Positions 21,656 to 36,424 of a stretch of DNA of 64,000 nucleotides are shown here, piece by piece. The stretch comes from Macrostomum lignano (lineage: Eukaryota), in the NCBI GenBank assembly GCA_002269645.1, contig NIVC01000866.1:386441-450440 (forward strand), given 5' to 3'. A program made the position numbers and the translations under genes. The notes below the pieces were generated by a model, which saw nothing but the letters and a program-made list of their open reading frames with translations, did no database searches and was not told the DNA's origin. Every line of letters starts with the position of its first letter. Position 1 is the first letter of the stretch.

Positions 21656-21964
21656 GGTAATGCGATCTGGGAAATTAGCGGCACTAATTGGTCAGGCAGA
21701 CGATCAATATTTCAAGCAGCTGTTCTGTACAAGTCGAATCACGTGAGTTAAAATGCGCCATAGGTATCGTGACTGGTGCAAAACTTAATCAAGAAGTTTT
21801 AATAACTCTTGAAGGAGAGACTTGATTGAACTTACTCGGCTCTGGCTGTATGCTTTGAGTCCCCTCTACGTGCGAGACAAACACCAAGGATTCGAGCCTG
21901 ACGTCTCTGGGGACTGCGCCATGTTCACTCTGATGGAAATTAAAAAATAAAAGTACACGAACAC

Positions 21965-22140
21965 AGACGGACAGACAGGCAGGTAGACCTGTGACGTTCT
22001 GTGACATTTCTGTCATGACAGGCAGACAGACAGAAAGACAGACAGTAGAAATTCAGACAGACAGACAGACAGAAAGACAGACAGATAGAAAGACAGACAG
22101 ACAGACAGACAGACTGGCATATAGACAGACGTACAGATCG
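21965..22140. repeat. Imperfect (GACA)n microsatellite
   Basis: Visible. Confidence 0.8.
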
Positions 22141-23092
22141 TAGAAAGACGAACTCAAAAATGGCAGCGAAGACAATACTTGTCCTCAATTTTCCAGATAG
22201 ACCACAATTAACGCGCTCAATACGCAAGGTGGGTTCATTTTTAACAATTAATGCATAAGCCTTAAGAAAGACCTGACAGACCGAACGGGCGACTTTATAC
22301 CAACATTGAAGTTTGAACTGGGCGGCTTGCGCGGGATAAAAATGATTTCGAAACAGCGAAATCCTAAATTTCAGCCTTCAGCGCCATCTCCGGCACCGGA
22401 AATGATTTTGAGCGATTTTTGGAAAATTCATAAATCGATTCCTAGTAGGCGTTCCCTGCATTTGGCCAGGCAGAATTCTGAGGAATTTTTGCCACTAATC
22501 CGAGGATTAGCTGCTGATCGCCTTCAGCCAATGATTGCGCGGCTTGGATTCGATAAAACAAATTGTCGACGGATTTGATTACAAAATTCTGCCCGTATTG
22601 AAATTGAAGCACAACTGGCTGACCGAGAAATTCCTGACTAAAATTGTAAGTTTTGAACTCAGTTATTTGCTTCGTATTCTGTGACTTTTGTTTGCTACTT
22701 AAGGCAGTGAGATCGGTAATTATATGCTGATTGGAAGTTAGATTGGTAGCTAGATTGATAGTTATAGAGTAGGTTGGTAGTTAGATTGGCAGTTAGTTTG
22801 GTAGTTGATTAGATTAGCAATTGGATGGGCAGTTAGATTGGCAGTTAATTAGACTTGCAGATATAATGGTAGTTAATTAGATTGGCAGTTAGACTAGAAG
22901 TTAATTAGATCGGCAGTTAGACTGGTAGTTAATTAGATTGGCAGTTAGACTAGAAGTTAATTCGATTGGCAGTTATACTGGTAGTTAATTAGATTGGCAG
23001 TTATAATGGTAGTTAATTAGATTGGCAGTTTTAATGGTAGTTAATTGGATTGGCAGTTATACTGGTAGTTAATTAGTTAAGATTGGCAGTTA

Positions 23093-24394
23093 CGAGGGTC
23101 AGTCAAAAAGTAATGATAATTTTGTTCTCACGAGTCTCAAACTTTAAATTAAAATCTGCTTTTCAACATAGTCCCCCTCCAGGGTCAGGCACTTCTCCAT
23201 GCAGTGTCGCCATCTCTCCAGGCTGTTTGCGTAGAACTCAGGAGGCTGTGCAGCAAGCCACTGTACAGTAGCCTTTTTGGCAGCCTCTTTGTCCTCATCT
23301 TGGACTCCTTTGATTGCTTCCTTCAGCTTGGGAAGCAAAAAAAGTCCGAAAGAGCCAAACCAGGGCTATATGGAGGATGCTGGAGGATTTCCCAGCAGAA
23401 ATCTCGCAGGGCTTCATGGCAGAGCCGAGAAGTGTGAGCTGGTGCATTGTCGTGGTGAAAGAGAATCCCAAGTTGCAACTTGCCATGTTGCTTTTTGGCC
23501 AGTTCAGTGCGGAGCTTTTACAGAAGCGACTCATAATAGGTGGCATTGATGGTCTTCTGGCTTTCCAAGAAGTCCACCGTCACCACTCCCTCAACATCCC
23601 AGAGAATCGTCGCCAAGACCTTCACTGCAGACCGTTCCGAATGGAACTTCTTGGGGCCTGCTGAATCTCGTGGCAGCCACTCCTTGGATTGGACCTTGGA
23701 CTCGGGATTGTGTTGAAATATTCATGTTTCATCCCCGGTCACTAAGCGCTGGTAACTGTTTTCTGAATCAGCGTCCAAGCGGTTCAGCAGGTTTATGGCG
23801 CACTCAGTGCATTGAACCCAGTGTTCAGGCCGCAACAGCCGCGGGACCCAGCAAGCACTCAGCTTGCTCAGACCAAGATAGTCCATCGCAATGGAGTGAG
23901 CACTGCCATGAGCAATGCCCACTTTTTTAGCAATATTGTCTATGGTCACGCGCCGATCCAGCTCAATCACTGGCTGCACAGCTACCACATTTTCCCCTGT
24001 GCGCGATGTTGTGGGCCTTACCTACCGCTGGGCGTCTTCCGTGGACTCTCGGCCTTCCTTAAAAGCCTGAATCCAGCAGTAAATGGTTGGATCTAGTGGA
24101 GCAGTGTCCCCATAGACCTTCTTCAAAGCGTCAATGATTTCGGCTGGCTTCCAACCAAGCTGTACAAGAAATGTCACTATATTAGTACGAGCTTCGATTT
24201 TTGAATTTTCCATTGCTTAAAGGATATACTGTGATTAGAGTGTCACCATGCAGGCATCAATCACTTTAGAAGAACCAAAACTCTGTCAAATAAAGATCAA
24301 AAGATGTTTTTTCAAATGAAACCAGTTGCAGTTCAATAACTCTGATATTTTAGGCGGTACAACAAAATTATCATTACTTTTTGACTGACCCTCG
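23093..24394 (-). mobile_element. Full-length but defective mariner (D,D34D) transposon, 1302 bp
   Basis: Perfect 34-bp TIRs CGAGGGTCAGTCAAAAAGTAATGATAATTTTGTT; TA duplication at 23091-92 and 24395-96; broken transposase on the minus strand. Confidence 0.95.
23144..24213 (-). pseudogene. Mariner transposase pseudogene
   Basis: Fragments MENSKIEART..., WVPRLL, LVTGDET*, LFHHDNAPAH, HPPYSPGLALSDFF (34 residues between the 2nd and 3rd Asp); internal stops and frameshifts. Confidence 0.92.
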
Positions 24395-25884
24395 TATACT
24401 GGTAGTTAATAAGATTGGCAGTTATACTGGTAGTTAATTATATTGGCAGTTAGACTGGTAGTTAATTAGATTGGCAGTTATACTGGTAGTTAATAAGATT
24501 GGCAGTTATACTGGTAGTTAATTAGATTGGCAGTTAGACAAGAAGTTAATTAGATCGGCAGTTCAACTGGTAGTTAATTAGATTGGCAGTTAGACTAGAA
24601 GTTAATTAGATTGGCAGTTATACTGGTAGTTAATTAGATTGGCAGTTATACTGGTAGTTAATTATATTGGCAGTTAGACTGGTAGTTAATTAGATTGGCA
24701 GTTATACTGGTAGTTAATAAGATTGGCAGTTATACTGGTAGTTAATTAGATTGGCAGTTAGACAAGAAGTTAATTAGATCGGCAGTTCAACTGGTAGTTA
24801 ATTAGATTGGCAGTTAGACTAGAAGTTAATTAGATTGGCAGTTATACTGGTAGTTAATTAGATTGGCAGTTAGACAAGAAGTTAATTAGATTGGCAGTTA
24901 TACTGGTAGTTAATTAGATTGGCAGTTAGACTGGTAGTTAATTAGATTGGCAGTTAGACAAGAAGTTAATTAGATTGGCAGTTATACTGGTTGTTAATTA
25001 GATTGGCAGTTATACTGGTAGCTAATTAGATTGGCAGTTAGACTGGTAGTTAATTAGATTGGCAGTTAGACTGGTAGTTAGTTAGATTGGCAGTTAAACT
25101 GGTAGTTAATTAGATTGGCAGTTAGACTGGTAGTTAATTAGATTGGCAGTTAGACTGGTAGTTAATTAGATTGGCAGTTAGACTGGTAGTTAAATAGATT
25201 GGCAGTTAGACTGGTAGTTAATTAGATTGGCAGTTAGACTGGTAGTTAATTAGATTGGCAGTTAGACTGGTAGTTAATTAGATTGGCAGTTAGACTGGTA
25301 GTTAATTAGATTGGCAGTTCGACTGGTAGTTAATTAGATTGGCAGTTAGACTGGTAGTTAATTAGATTGGCAGTTAGACTGGCAGTTAATTAGATTGGCA
25401 GTTCGACTGGTAGTTAATTAGATTGGCAGTTAGACTGGCAGTTCGATTCACACTTAAGCCGGCTCTATCGGAAGAGCAGGTCCGATTTCAGTGATTTAGG
25501 ATCTACTTTCCGAAACTCTACCGCCTCAAGAAGGCAGATGGGCTGCACAACAGCGCAAAATGGAAGTCAAGGACGACAAAGTCCTTGACGGAAATATCAA
25601 AATATCTCTACTCAATGTATCCGGTAAAGACGATCCGCGAAGGAAGATTGATGCAGCAAAAGAAACAAGATAGGAAAAGACAAGCTTTGGGGGCTAAGGG
25701 AACACAAAGGAAAAGTGCTGACCTCTCTTGTGCTTAGCGTGAGGCTTCATCTGAGGCTTGGCTGCCTGATTCAAAATTAAATAATTCGCTTCTCTACGCT
25801 TGTGTTGCAGCATCGCTGCCTGCCTGCTTGCTACTATTTTCCAATTAATTTCCCCCTAGGCACATGTTAGCTCTGCAATCATGT

Positions 25885-28450
<2,566 letters not shown>

Positions 28451-28929
28451 TCTACCAGATGGGCCTGAGCCAGTGCCTGATGCTCGGACGTCACGAACAG
28501 AGCCCAAGCCAGTCAGCAGAGGAAAATCCGCTCGAGCAGTCGCAGCCGTGGCCGCCCCAGGAGCGGCTGTTGGCTCAGCCAGCAGCAGGGGCTCCCAGTC
28601 GATCCCAGCAGCTGCAGCGAAAATCAACATCAAGAGGCGGCAGCGGCAGCTGGACTTTCTACCAGCTGCCAGCCGAGCTGTCCAAGGAAGCCGGCCGGGA
28701 GATCAAGATCCTCGAGGGCATGGTCATCACGGGCTTCCTGTCCTTCGAGAAGTACAAGGACAGCGCGTGCAGCATCGTGGAGGCTGAGCTCGGATGCTGC
28801 GACCTCGTCACCATCGCAGTTGGCGAGGGCGGCAGCAGCGGAGGGAGGCACCGAGGCAGAATGTCCCTGCAGCTGGAGGCCTGCCATTCACGAAACTGCG
28901 TGAACTAAGTGGGACATTATTCATGTGAT

Positions 28930-29370
28930 GAGACATCAATTATGTACTGTGACATCAATCATGTACTGTGACATTAATCATGTACTTTGACATCAATCAT
29001 GTACTACGACATCAATCATGTACTATGAAATCAATCATGTACTTACATCAATCATGTACTGTGACATCAATCATGTACTGTGACATCAATCATGTACTAT
29101 GACATCAATCATGTACTGTGACATCAATCATGTACTTTGACATCAATCATGTACTACGACATCAATCATGTACTTACATCAATCATGTACTGTGACATCA
29201 ATCATGTACTGTGACATCAATCATGTACTGTGACATCAATCATGTACTGTGACATCAATCATGTACTTTGACATCAATCATGTACTACGACATCAATCAT
29301 GTACTTACATCAATCATGTACTTTGACATCAATCATGTACTGTGACATCAATCATGTACTATGACATCAA
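28930..29370. repeat. 19-bp minisatellite (GACATCAATCATGTACTGT)
   Basis: Visible tandem array. Confidence 0.92.
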
Positions 29371-29759
29371 TACTGAGATACACCTCAATCATGAACTCTG
29401 ACACACCTGAATTGAATACATGTATTTTTTTACTTTTGCCTCGACACTGAAAGGGTCTTTAAATAATTAAATGAGTGGAAATCTTGTCATATAAGTGTTT
29501 TTACAAGCATAGCTTCATTAACCTACTGTTACTAGTATCATGCACAAACGAACGTAAAATGTGCATTATATGTATGCTGTTTTTTACGAGCGTAATAAAC
29601 GTTAATGTACGAGTAATGTAATCTATTACTCGTAGAACAGTGAGTGTGCGATTTCCAAAATTTCCGAATCAAAAATACATTCCATCACTGTAATAGATGT
29701 TATTCCATCAAGTTAAATAAGTGAGATATGTAACAAATCAATAGATTTTTTCCTACTGT

Positions 29760-30020
29760 AATCTGGGATCGGGATCTGGGATCGGGATCTGGGATCGGGA
29801 TCTGGGATCGGGATCTGGGATCGGGATCTGGGATCGGGATCTGGGATCGGGATCTGGGATCGGGATCTGGGATCGGGATCTGGGATCGGGATCTGGGATC
29901 GGGATCTGGGATCGGGATCTGGGATCGGGATCTGGGATCGGGATCTGGGATCGGGATCTGGGATCGGGATCTGGGATCGGGATCTGGGATCGGGATCTGG
30001 GATCGGGATCTGGGATCTGG
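29760..30020. repeat. 13-bp perfect repeat (GGGATCGGGATCT)n, ~20 copies
   Basis: Visible. Confidence 0.95.
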
Positions 30021-30240
30021 GATTTTGTTTGCTCAAGACCAACACAGAGGTAGCTACTGCCTGAGCAGAAATGAAGGCATTGAGTTTGCAATGCCGATCC
30101 AATGGGAATGGGGGCATTGGATAGAGAAGAGTCAGATACTGCAGTTTCAGGAAATTTAAAAGCAGGTCACATTAAACAGCTGCAACAGCTTTACCATCGG
30201 ATCCGAATTCCTTTACGACGTAAAAACTTTTCTAAAGGAA

Positions 30241-30313
30241 ATGAAAGTGAAGTTCGGCCACCAACTTTTTTACGGACTGTTGGTCGGGCATATTTGCTTT
30301 GCGGCTGTGACTG
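30241..30313 (+). CDS. Lectin exon 1 (signal peptide)
   Basis: ATG at 30241, hydrophobic core, donor G|GTGAGT; phase matches the next exon. Confidence 0.7.
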
Positions 30314-33300
30314 GTGAGTGAGATTCTTGTCTTTGTTGCTTTGGCCTCTGCGAAAAGGCTGGTAGGTAGGTAGATAGGAACATAGGTAGATAGGTAGGTA
30401 GGTAGGTAGGTAGGTAGGTAGGTAGGTAGGTAGGTAGGTGGGTAGTTAGGTAGGTAGGTTGGTTGGTAGGTAGGTAGGTAGGTAGGTAGGTAGGTAGGAA
30501 GGAAGGTAGGGGTAGAGTATCTTGGGGGTTGTCATGTTTGTCACCTGTGTCGGATTGCGGTAAGGCAACCCGGGTTTGAAGGTGATTTTAGGTGACAGAC
30601 AGACAATCTGCAAATATAAACGGCAGGAAGCGAATGCAAAATGCATCGCTAATGGTTGCCAACCAAATCTCTTCCAATTTCCTGCAATCGCTGTTTTGAA
30701 AAGCTTTTTGGTTTAGCTTTGTTGTGAAGCTCCCAGCATCCATTAAAGTAAAAGTCAGGTTTCCATCCATTTCCCCCCTTCGAGTGGGCGTTTCAGTGCG
30801 TGTTTAAAACCGCATGCTGCCAAAATAGATCACGGTAGATTGCGGTAGATCACAGAAAATCGCGGTAGATCACAGTAGATCACAGAAGATCACGGTAGAT
30901 TGCGGTAGATCACAGTAGATCACAGAAGATCACGGTAGATTGCGGTAGATCACAGTAGATCACAGAAGATCACGGTAGATTGCGGTAGATCACAGAAAAT
31001 GACGGTAGATCACAGGAGTTTAAGATAGATTAAGGTAAACCACGGTAGCTATATCAAATTCTATCACGGTAGATCATGTTGGACTACAGTAGATCACGGT
31101 AGATCATGTTGGATCTACTGTAGATCACGGTAGATCATGTTGGACTACAGTAGATCACGGTAGATCATGTTGGACTACAGTAGATCACGGTAGATCATAA
31201 TAGATCGTCAAACCAATTAAAAACCGTCACTCACTTCGCAGGCTTCGAGCTGACCCAGGTGCCCAAGAACAGGCCGGCTAAGGCCTCCTCCACGCATCAG
31301 ACATCAGCGAACCCCATTCAGGTGAACGACGGAGCCACGAGAGGAAGACTGTTTCACACCAGGCCTTGGGACCCGCGGCCGTGGCTGATGCTGGACCTGT
31401 CCCTGCCGTACGCCATCTTCGGTGTTCGAGTCTGGAACCGACCGGATGAATGGTCAAAAAGATTCTCCAAGATAATGATCGGTGAGCAGGTTTCATCACA
31501 GTTGCACAAATAGTGACGGGAAAAGTAAAGACACGAGAAAGCAAAAAATCCCTTTTTTCATTAAATACAGAGATTACACTTTACAGCAATAACAACAAAG
31601 GCAGCGACAAAACGACACAAAACGACAACAGAACAACGACAAAATTAACTACAAAACTACAAAATAACGTAACAAGAAAACTAAAACAAGCGTAAAAACA
31701 AATCTACGAAAAATTCAATAACAAAAGCGACAACAAAGCGACAAAAAAGCGACAAAAAAGCGACAAAAAAGCGACAACAGAAGCGACAACAAAAGCGACA
31801 GCAAAAGCAACAACAAAAGCGACAACAAAGCGACAGCAAAAGCGACAACAAAAGCAACAACAAAAGTGACAGCAAAAGGGACAACAAAAGCAAAACAACA
31901 AAAGCGACAACAAAAGCGACAACAAAAGCGACAACAAAGCGACAACAAAAGCGAGAGCAAAAGCAACAACAAAAGTGAGAGCAAAGGCGACAACAAAAGC
32001 AACAACAAAAGTGACAGCAAAAGCGACAACAAAAGCAACAAAAAAAGCGACAACAAAAGCGACAACAAAAGCGACAACAAAAGCGACAGCAAAAGCGACA
32101 ACAAAAGCAACAACAAAAGTGACAGCAAAAGCGACAATAAAAGAGCAAAAGCGACAACAAAAGCAACAACAAAAGTGACAGCTAAAGCGACAACAAAAGC
32201 GACAACAAAAGCAACAACAAAAGTGAGAGCAAAAGCGACAACAAAAGCAACAATAAAAGAGCAAAAGCGACAACAAAAGCAACAACAAAAGTGACAGCAA
32301 AAGCGACAACAAAAGCAAAACAACAAAAGCGACAACAAAAGTGACAACAAAGCGACAACAAAAGCGACAACAAAAGCAACAACAAAAGTGAGAGCAAAAG
32401 CGACAACAAAAGCAACAATAAAAGAGCAAAAGCGACAACAAAAGCAACAATAAAAGAGCAAAAGCGACAACAAAAGCAACAACAAAAGTGACAGCTAAAG
32501 CGACAACAAAAGCAAAACAACAAAAGCGACAACAAAAGCGACAACAAAAGCGACAACAAAGCGACAACAAAAGCGACAACAAAAGCAACAACAAAAGTGA
32601 GAGCAAAAGTGACAACAAAAGCAACAATAAAAGAGCAAAAGCGACAACAAAAGTAACAACAAAAGTGACAGCAAAAGCGACAACAAAAGCAAAACAACAA
32701 AAGCGACAACAAAAGCGACAACAAAAGCGACAACAAAGCGACAACAAAAGCGACAAAAAAGCAACAACAAAAGTGAGAGCAAAAGCGACAACAAAAGCAA
32801 CAACAAAAGCGACAACAAAAGCAACAACAAAAGCGACAACAAAGCGACAGCAAAAGCAACAACCAGAGCGACAACAAAGCAACAACAAAAGCGACAGCAA
32901 AAGCAACAACAAAAGCGACAGCAAAAGCGACAACAAAAGCGACAGCAAAAGCAACAACCAAAGCGGCACCAAAGCCCCTACAAAACAATGCAAAACATCA
33001 GACTCGAAAACAATAAACAATAAAATTACGCTGTTGAAACCCTGTGTGAAGGCTTCTATGAGTCTGTTTTTGACTCGCCCCTCTGATCGTTCCTCCCATG
33101 CCAAGCCTACTGTAGCTAAGCTACATGTAGCGCAGATCTGAGTGTTTTTCATGTTTCACGCCGCACACCCCATCCAGGAGTGACCAACAACCCAGCCGTG
33201 TGGTCTGCATTCAACAAAGACCTCTTCGACACCTGCTTTTACTACACACACGTGCCAACTGCCGCTGAGAGGCCAATCAGCATCAACTGCACGCGGCTCA

Positions 33301-34214
33301 TTGTGGGCAGGTATCTCGCCTTGTACATGAATGTCACCGCTGTTGCTGACGCGAATCTCAGGTACATTCACTTCTATGAAATTGACATCTTTGCTGGTGA
33401 GACCGTCTTCTGGCTTGTTTTGTCACCTGAATCTATTTGTAAAGAATGATTTATTATTGAGCACACTGCAATCTCACTGATTATTGAGCACACTGCAATC
33501 TCACTGATTATTGAGCACACTGCAATCTCACTGATTATTGAGCACACTGCAATCTCACTGATTATTGAGCACACTGCAATCTCACTGATTATTGAGCACA
33601 CTGCAATCTCACTGATTATTGAGCACACTGCAATCTCACTGATTATTGAGCACACTGCAATCTCACTGATTATTGAGCACACTGCAATCTCACTGGTTAT
33701 TGAGCACACTGCAATCTCACTGATTATTGAGCACACACACTGCAATCTCACTGATTATTGAGCACACACTGCAATCTCACTGATTATTGAGCACACACTG
33801 CAATCTCACTGATTATTGAGCACACTGCAATCTCACTGATTATTGAGCACACTGCAATCTCACTGATTATTGAGCACACTGCAATCTCACTGATTATTGA
33901 GCACACTGCAATCTCACTGATTATTGAGCACACACTGCAATCCAAATTCAGTGGCCAAAGGCGCTTCTCTCTACGCCAGCGATGTGCAGCCCAGCTTCTC
34001 TGCTACATCAAACGTGCTCGTAGCCCATGATTGGTCCGGCCTGCACGTCAGATCCCACATTGACTGCCTGCTGCAGTGCTTCCGCCTGCAGCCTGCCTGC
34101 CTGTTCGCTCTGGTCATTCCGGGATCCGGTAGCTGCCTGCTGTTCGGACCTCCCAGCCTCCCGACTGGCTTCATCGCCACAGAGTTCTTTAAGCTGGTCA
34201 ACGAGTTCGAGTAG
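30241..34214 (+). CDS. Secreted F-type lectin (FTP/F5-8C fold) + PAN/Apple-like protein, 264 aa: join(30241..30313,31242..31481,33178..33396,33952..34214)
   Basis: Signal-peptide-like exon MKVKFGHQLFYGLLVGHICFAAVT. F-lectin motifs VNDG...FHT...PWLMLDL...VWNRPDEWSKRF...GRYL...FYEIDIF. C-terminal DCLLQCFRLQPACLF...SCLLF. All three introns are phase 1 GT-AG. Confidence 0.82.
30360..30500. repeat. (TAGG)n microsatellite in lectin intron 1
   Basis: Visible. Confidence 0.9.
30830..31200. repeat. CACGGTAGAT-based repeat in lectin intron 1
   Basis: Visible 10-bp-based array. Confidence 0.85.
31242..31481 (+). CDS. Lectin exon 2 (N-half of F-type lectin domain)
   Basis: Acceptor TTCGCAG, donor GTGAGC; H-X27-R-X-D-X4-R motif. 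Confidence 0.85.
31600..32970. repeat. 12-bp (AAAAGCGACAAC / AAAAGCAACAAC) array in lectin intron 2
   Basis: Almost T-free + strand, which produces spurious long ORFs. Confidence 0.93.
33178..33396 (+). CDS. Lectin exon 3 (C-half of F-type lectin domain)
   Basis: Acceptor CATCCAG, donor GTGAGA; C...C...VGRYLALY...FYEIDIFA. Confidence 0.83.
33452..33940. repeat. 27-bp minisatellite (GATTATTGAGCACACTGCAATCTCACT) in lectin intron 3
   Basis: ~17 near-perfect copies. Confidence 0.95.
33952..34214 (+). CDS. Lectin exon 4 (PAN/Apple-like domain, stop)
   Basis: Acceptor AATTCAG; C-x3-C-x6-C...C pattern; TAG 34212-34214. Confidence 0.75.
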
Positions 34215-34254
34215 CTCGAGTTCGGATAGCAACTGGATGGTGAAGAGATGCTGA

Positions 34255-35860
34255 GCGGGTGGTGACCCTGAGTGGGTGGTGTAACTGAGCGGGTGGTGAC
34301 CCTGAGTGGGTGGTGACCCTGAGTGGGTGGTGTAACTGAGTGGGTGGTGACTCTAAGTGGGTGGTGCAGCTGAGTGGGTGGTGACTCTGAGTGGGTGGTG
34401 ACTCTGAGTGGGTGGTGACTCTGAGTGGGTGGTGACTCTGAGTGGGTGGTGACTCTGAGTGGGTGGTGCAGCTGAGTGGGTGGTGACTCTGAGTGGGTGG
34501 TGACTCTGAGTGGGTGGTGACTCTGAGTGGGTGGTGACTCTGAGTGGGTGGTGCAGCTGAGTGGGTGGTGACTCTAAGTGGGTGGTGACTCTGAGTGGGT
34601 GGTGACTCTGAGTGGGTGGTGACTCTGAGTGGGTGGTGACTCTGAGTGGGTGGTGACTCTGAGTGGGTGGTGACTCTAAGTGGGTGGTGACTCTGAATGG
34701 GTGGTGCAGCTGAGTGGGTGGTGACTCTAAGTGGGTGGTGACTCTGAGTGGGTGGTGACTCTAAGTGGGTGGTGACTCTGAATGGGTGGTGCAGCTGAGT
34801 GGGTGGTGACTCTAAGTGGGTGGTGACTCTGAGTGGGTGGTGACTCTGAGTGGGTGGTGACTCTGAGTGGGTGGTGACTCTAAGTGGGTGGTGACTCTGA
34901 ATGGGTGGTGCAGCTGAGTGGGTGGTGACTCTAAGTGGGTGGTGACTCTGAGTGGGTGGTGACTCTGAGTGGGTGGTGACTCTGAGTGGGTGGTGACTCT
35001 GAGTGGGTGGTGACTCTGAGTGGGTGGTGACTCTGAGTGGGTGGTGACTCTGAGTGGGTGGTGACTCTAAGTGGGTGGTGACTCTGAGTGGGTGGTGACT
35101 CTGAGTGGGTGGTGACTCTGAGTGGGTGGTGACTCTGAGTGGGTGGTGACTCTGAGTGGGTGGTGACTCTGAGTGGGTGGTGACTCTGAGTGGGTGGTGA
35201 CTCTAAGTGGGTGGTGACTCTGAGTGGGTGGTGACTCTGAGTGGGTGGTGACTCTAAGTGGGTGGTGACTCTGAATGGGTGGTGCAGCTGAGTGGGTGGT
35301 GACTCTAAGTGGGTGGTGACTCTGAGTGGGTGGTGACTCTAAGTGGGTGGTGACTCTGAATGGGTGGTGCAGCTGAGTGGGTGGTGACTCTAAGTGGGTG
35401 GTGACTCTGAGTGGGTGGTGACTCTGAGTGGGTGGTGACTCTGAGTGGGTGGTGACTCTGAGTGGGTGGTGACTCTGAGTGGGTGGTGACTCTGAGTGGG
35501 TGGTGACTCTGAGTGGGTGGTGACTCTGAGTGGGTGGTGACTCTGAGTGGGTGGTGCAGCTGAGTGGGTGGTGACTGAGTGGGTGGTGACTCTGAGTGGG
35601 TGGTGACTCTGAGTGGGTGGTGACTCTGAGTGGGTGGTGACTCTGAGTGGGTGGTGACTCTGAGTGGGTGGTGACTCTGAGTGGGTGGTGACTCTGAGTG
35701 GGTGGTGACTCTGAGTGGGTGGTGACTCTGAGTGGGTGGTGACTCTGAGTGGGTGGTGACTCTGAGTGGGTGGTGACTCTGAGTGGGTGGTGACTCTAAG
35801 TGGGTGGTGACTCTGAGTGGTTGGTGACTCTGAGTGGGTGGTGACTCTGAGTGGGTGGTG
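34255..35860. repeat. 17-bp G-rich minisatellite (CTGAGTGGGTGGTGACT), ~1.6 kb
   Basis: Starts ~40 bp after the lectin stop codon. Confidence 0.96.
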
Positions 35861-36424
35861 CAGACTGTATCTGCATAGAGAGCTATAGTGAGTGTAAGCT
35901 GTAATTACACTTTACTGTGTTTTCAATGGAAAATTTTATTTCTAAATAGCTTGATACACCTATATTTTGCTTAGGTCTAACTTCAAGTGCAAGAAAGATT
36001 TCGGTAAACTCTCTGTACTACATAATTCTCTGTTCTAAAATATGTTGAAGTGCATATTAAAATCCAGTCGTTTTGACTACGTAAACGGTTTGACTAAATA
36101 ACGCATAAAATACTTTTTTCCTATCAAATACTGCACTTTGGTTTTTGTTTTTTGTCAATCGTTTAGATTTTCTTCTTTTTGAGTATATATGGCTTCTTAA
36201 TTTATTAATGAATTTACTCCACTTTCCTTAATTCTATTTGCACCGCTTCTCTGTCGATACGAGCTACAATTGGAACGCAAAATATAGACTGGAGGCAACA
36301 AAGAAGTAAATGAAATTATTTTCATAATCTATGTGGGTTTTGATCTTAGTCAGTCGCTATTGTTATGTATGGTATCTTACAGAAAATGATTTTTCCTAAC
36401 TCCAAACAATTTCTCATTGACTTC

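Larger units (their letters stand above)
22720..25445. repeat. 28-bp minisatellite (GTTAATTAGATTGGCAGTTAGACTGGTA) interrupted by the mariner
   Basis: The array continues on both sides of 23093-24394. Confidence 0.93.

Noticed and set aside
21950-22320. Helentron/DINE-like element suggested by GACA repeats
   Set aside because: No subterminal inverted repeats or 3' hairpin could be located with confidence.
31681-33152. Cys/Leu-rich and ATTK-repeat ORFs up to 482 aa
   Set aside because: Low-complexity 12-bp intronic array; the real exons flank it.
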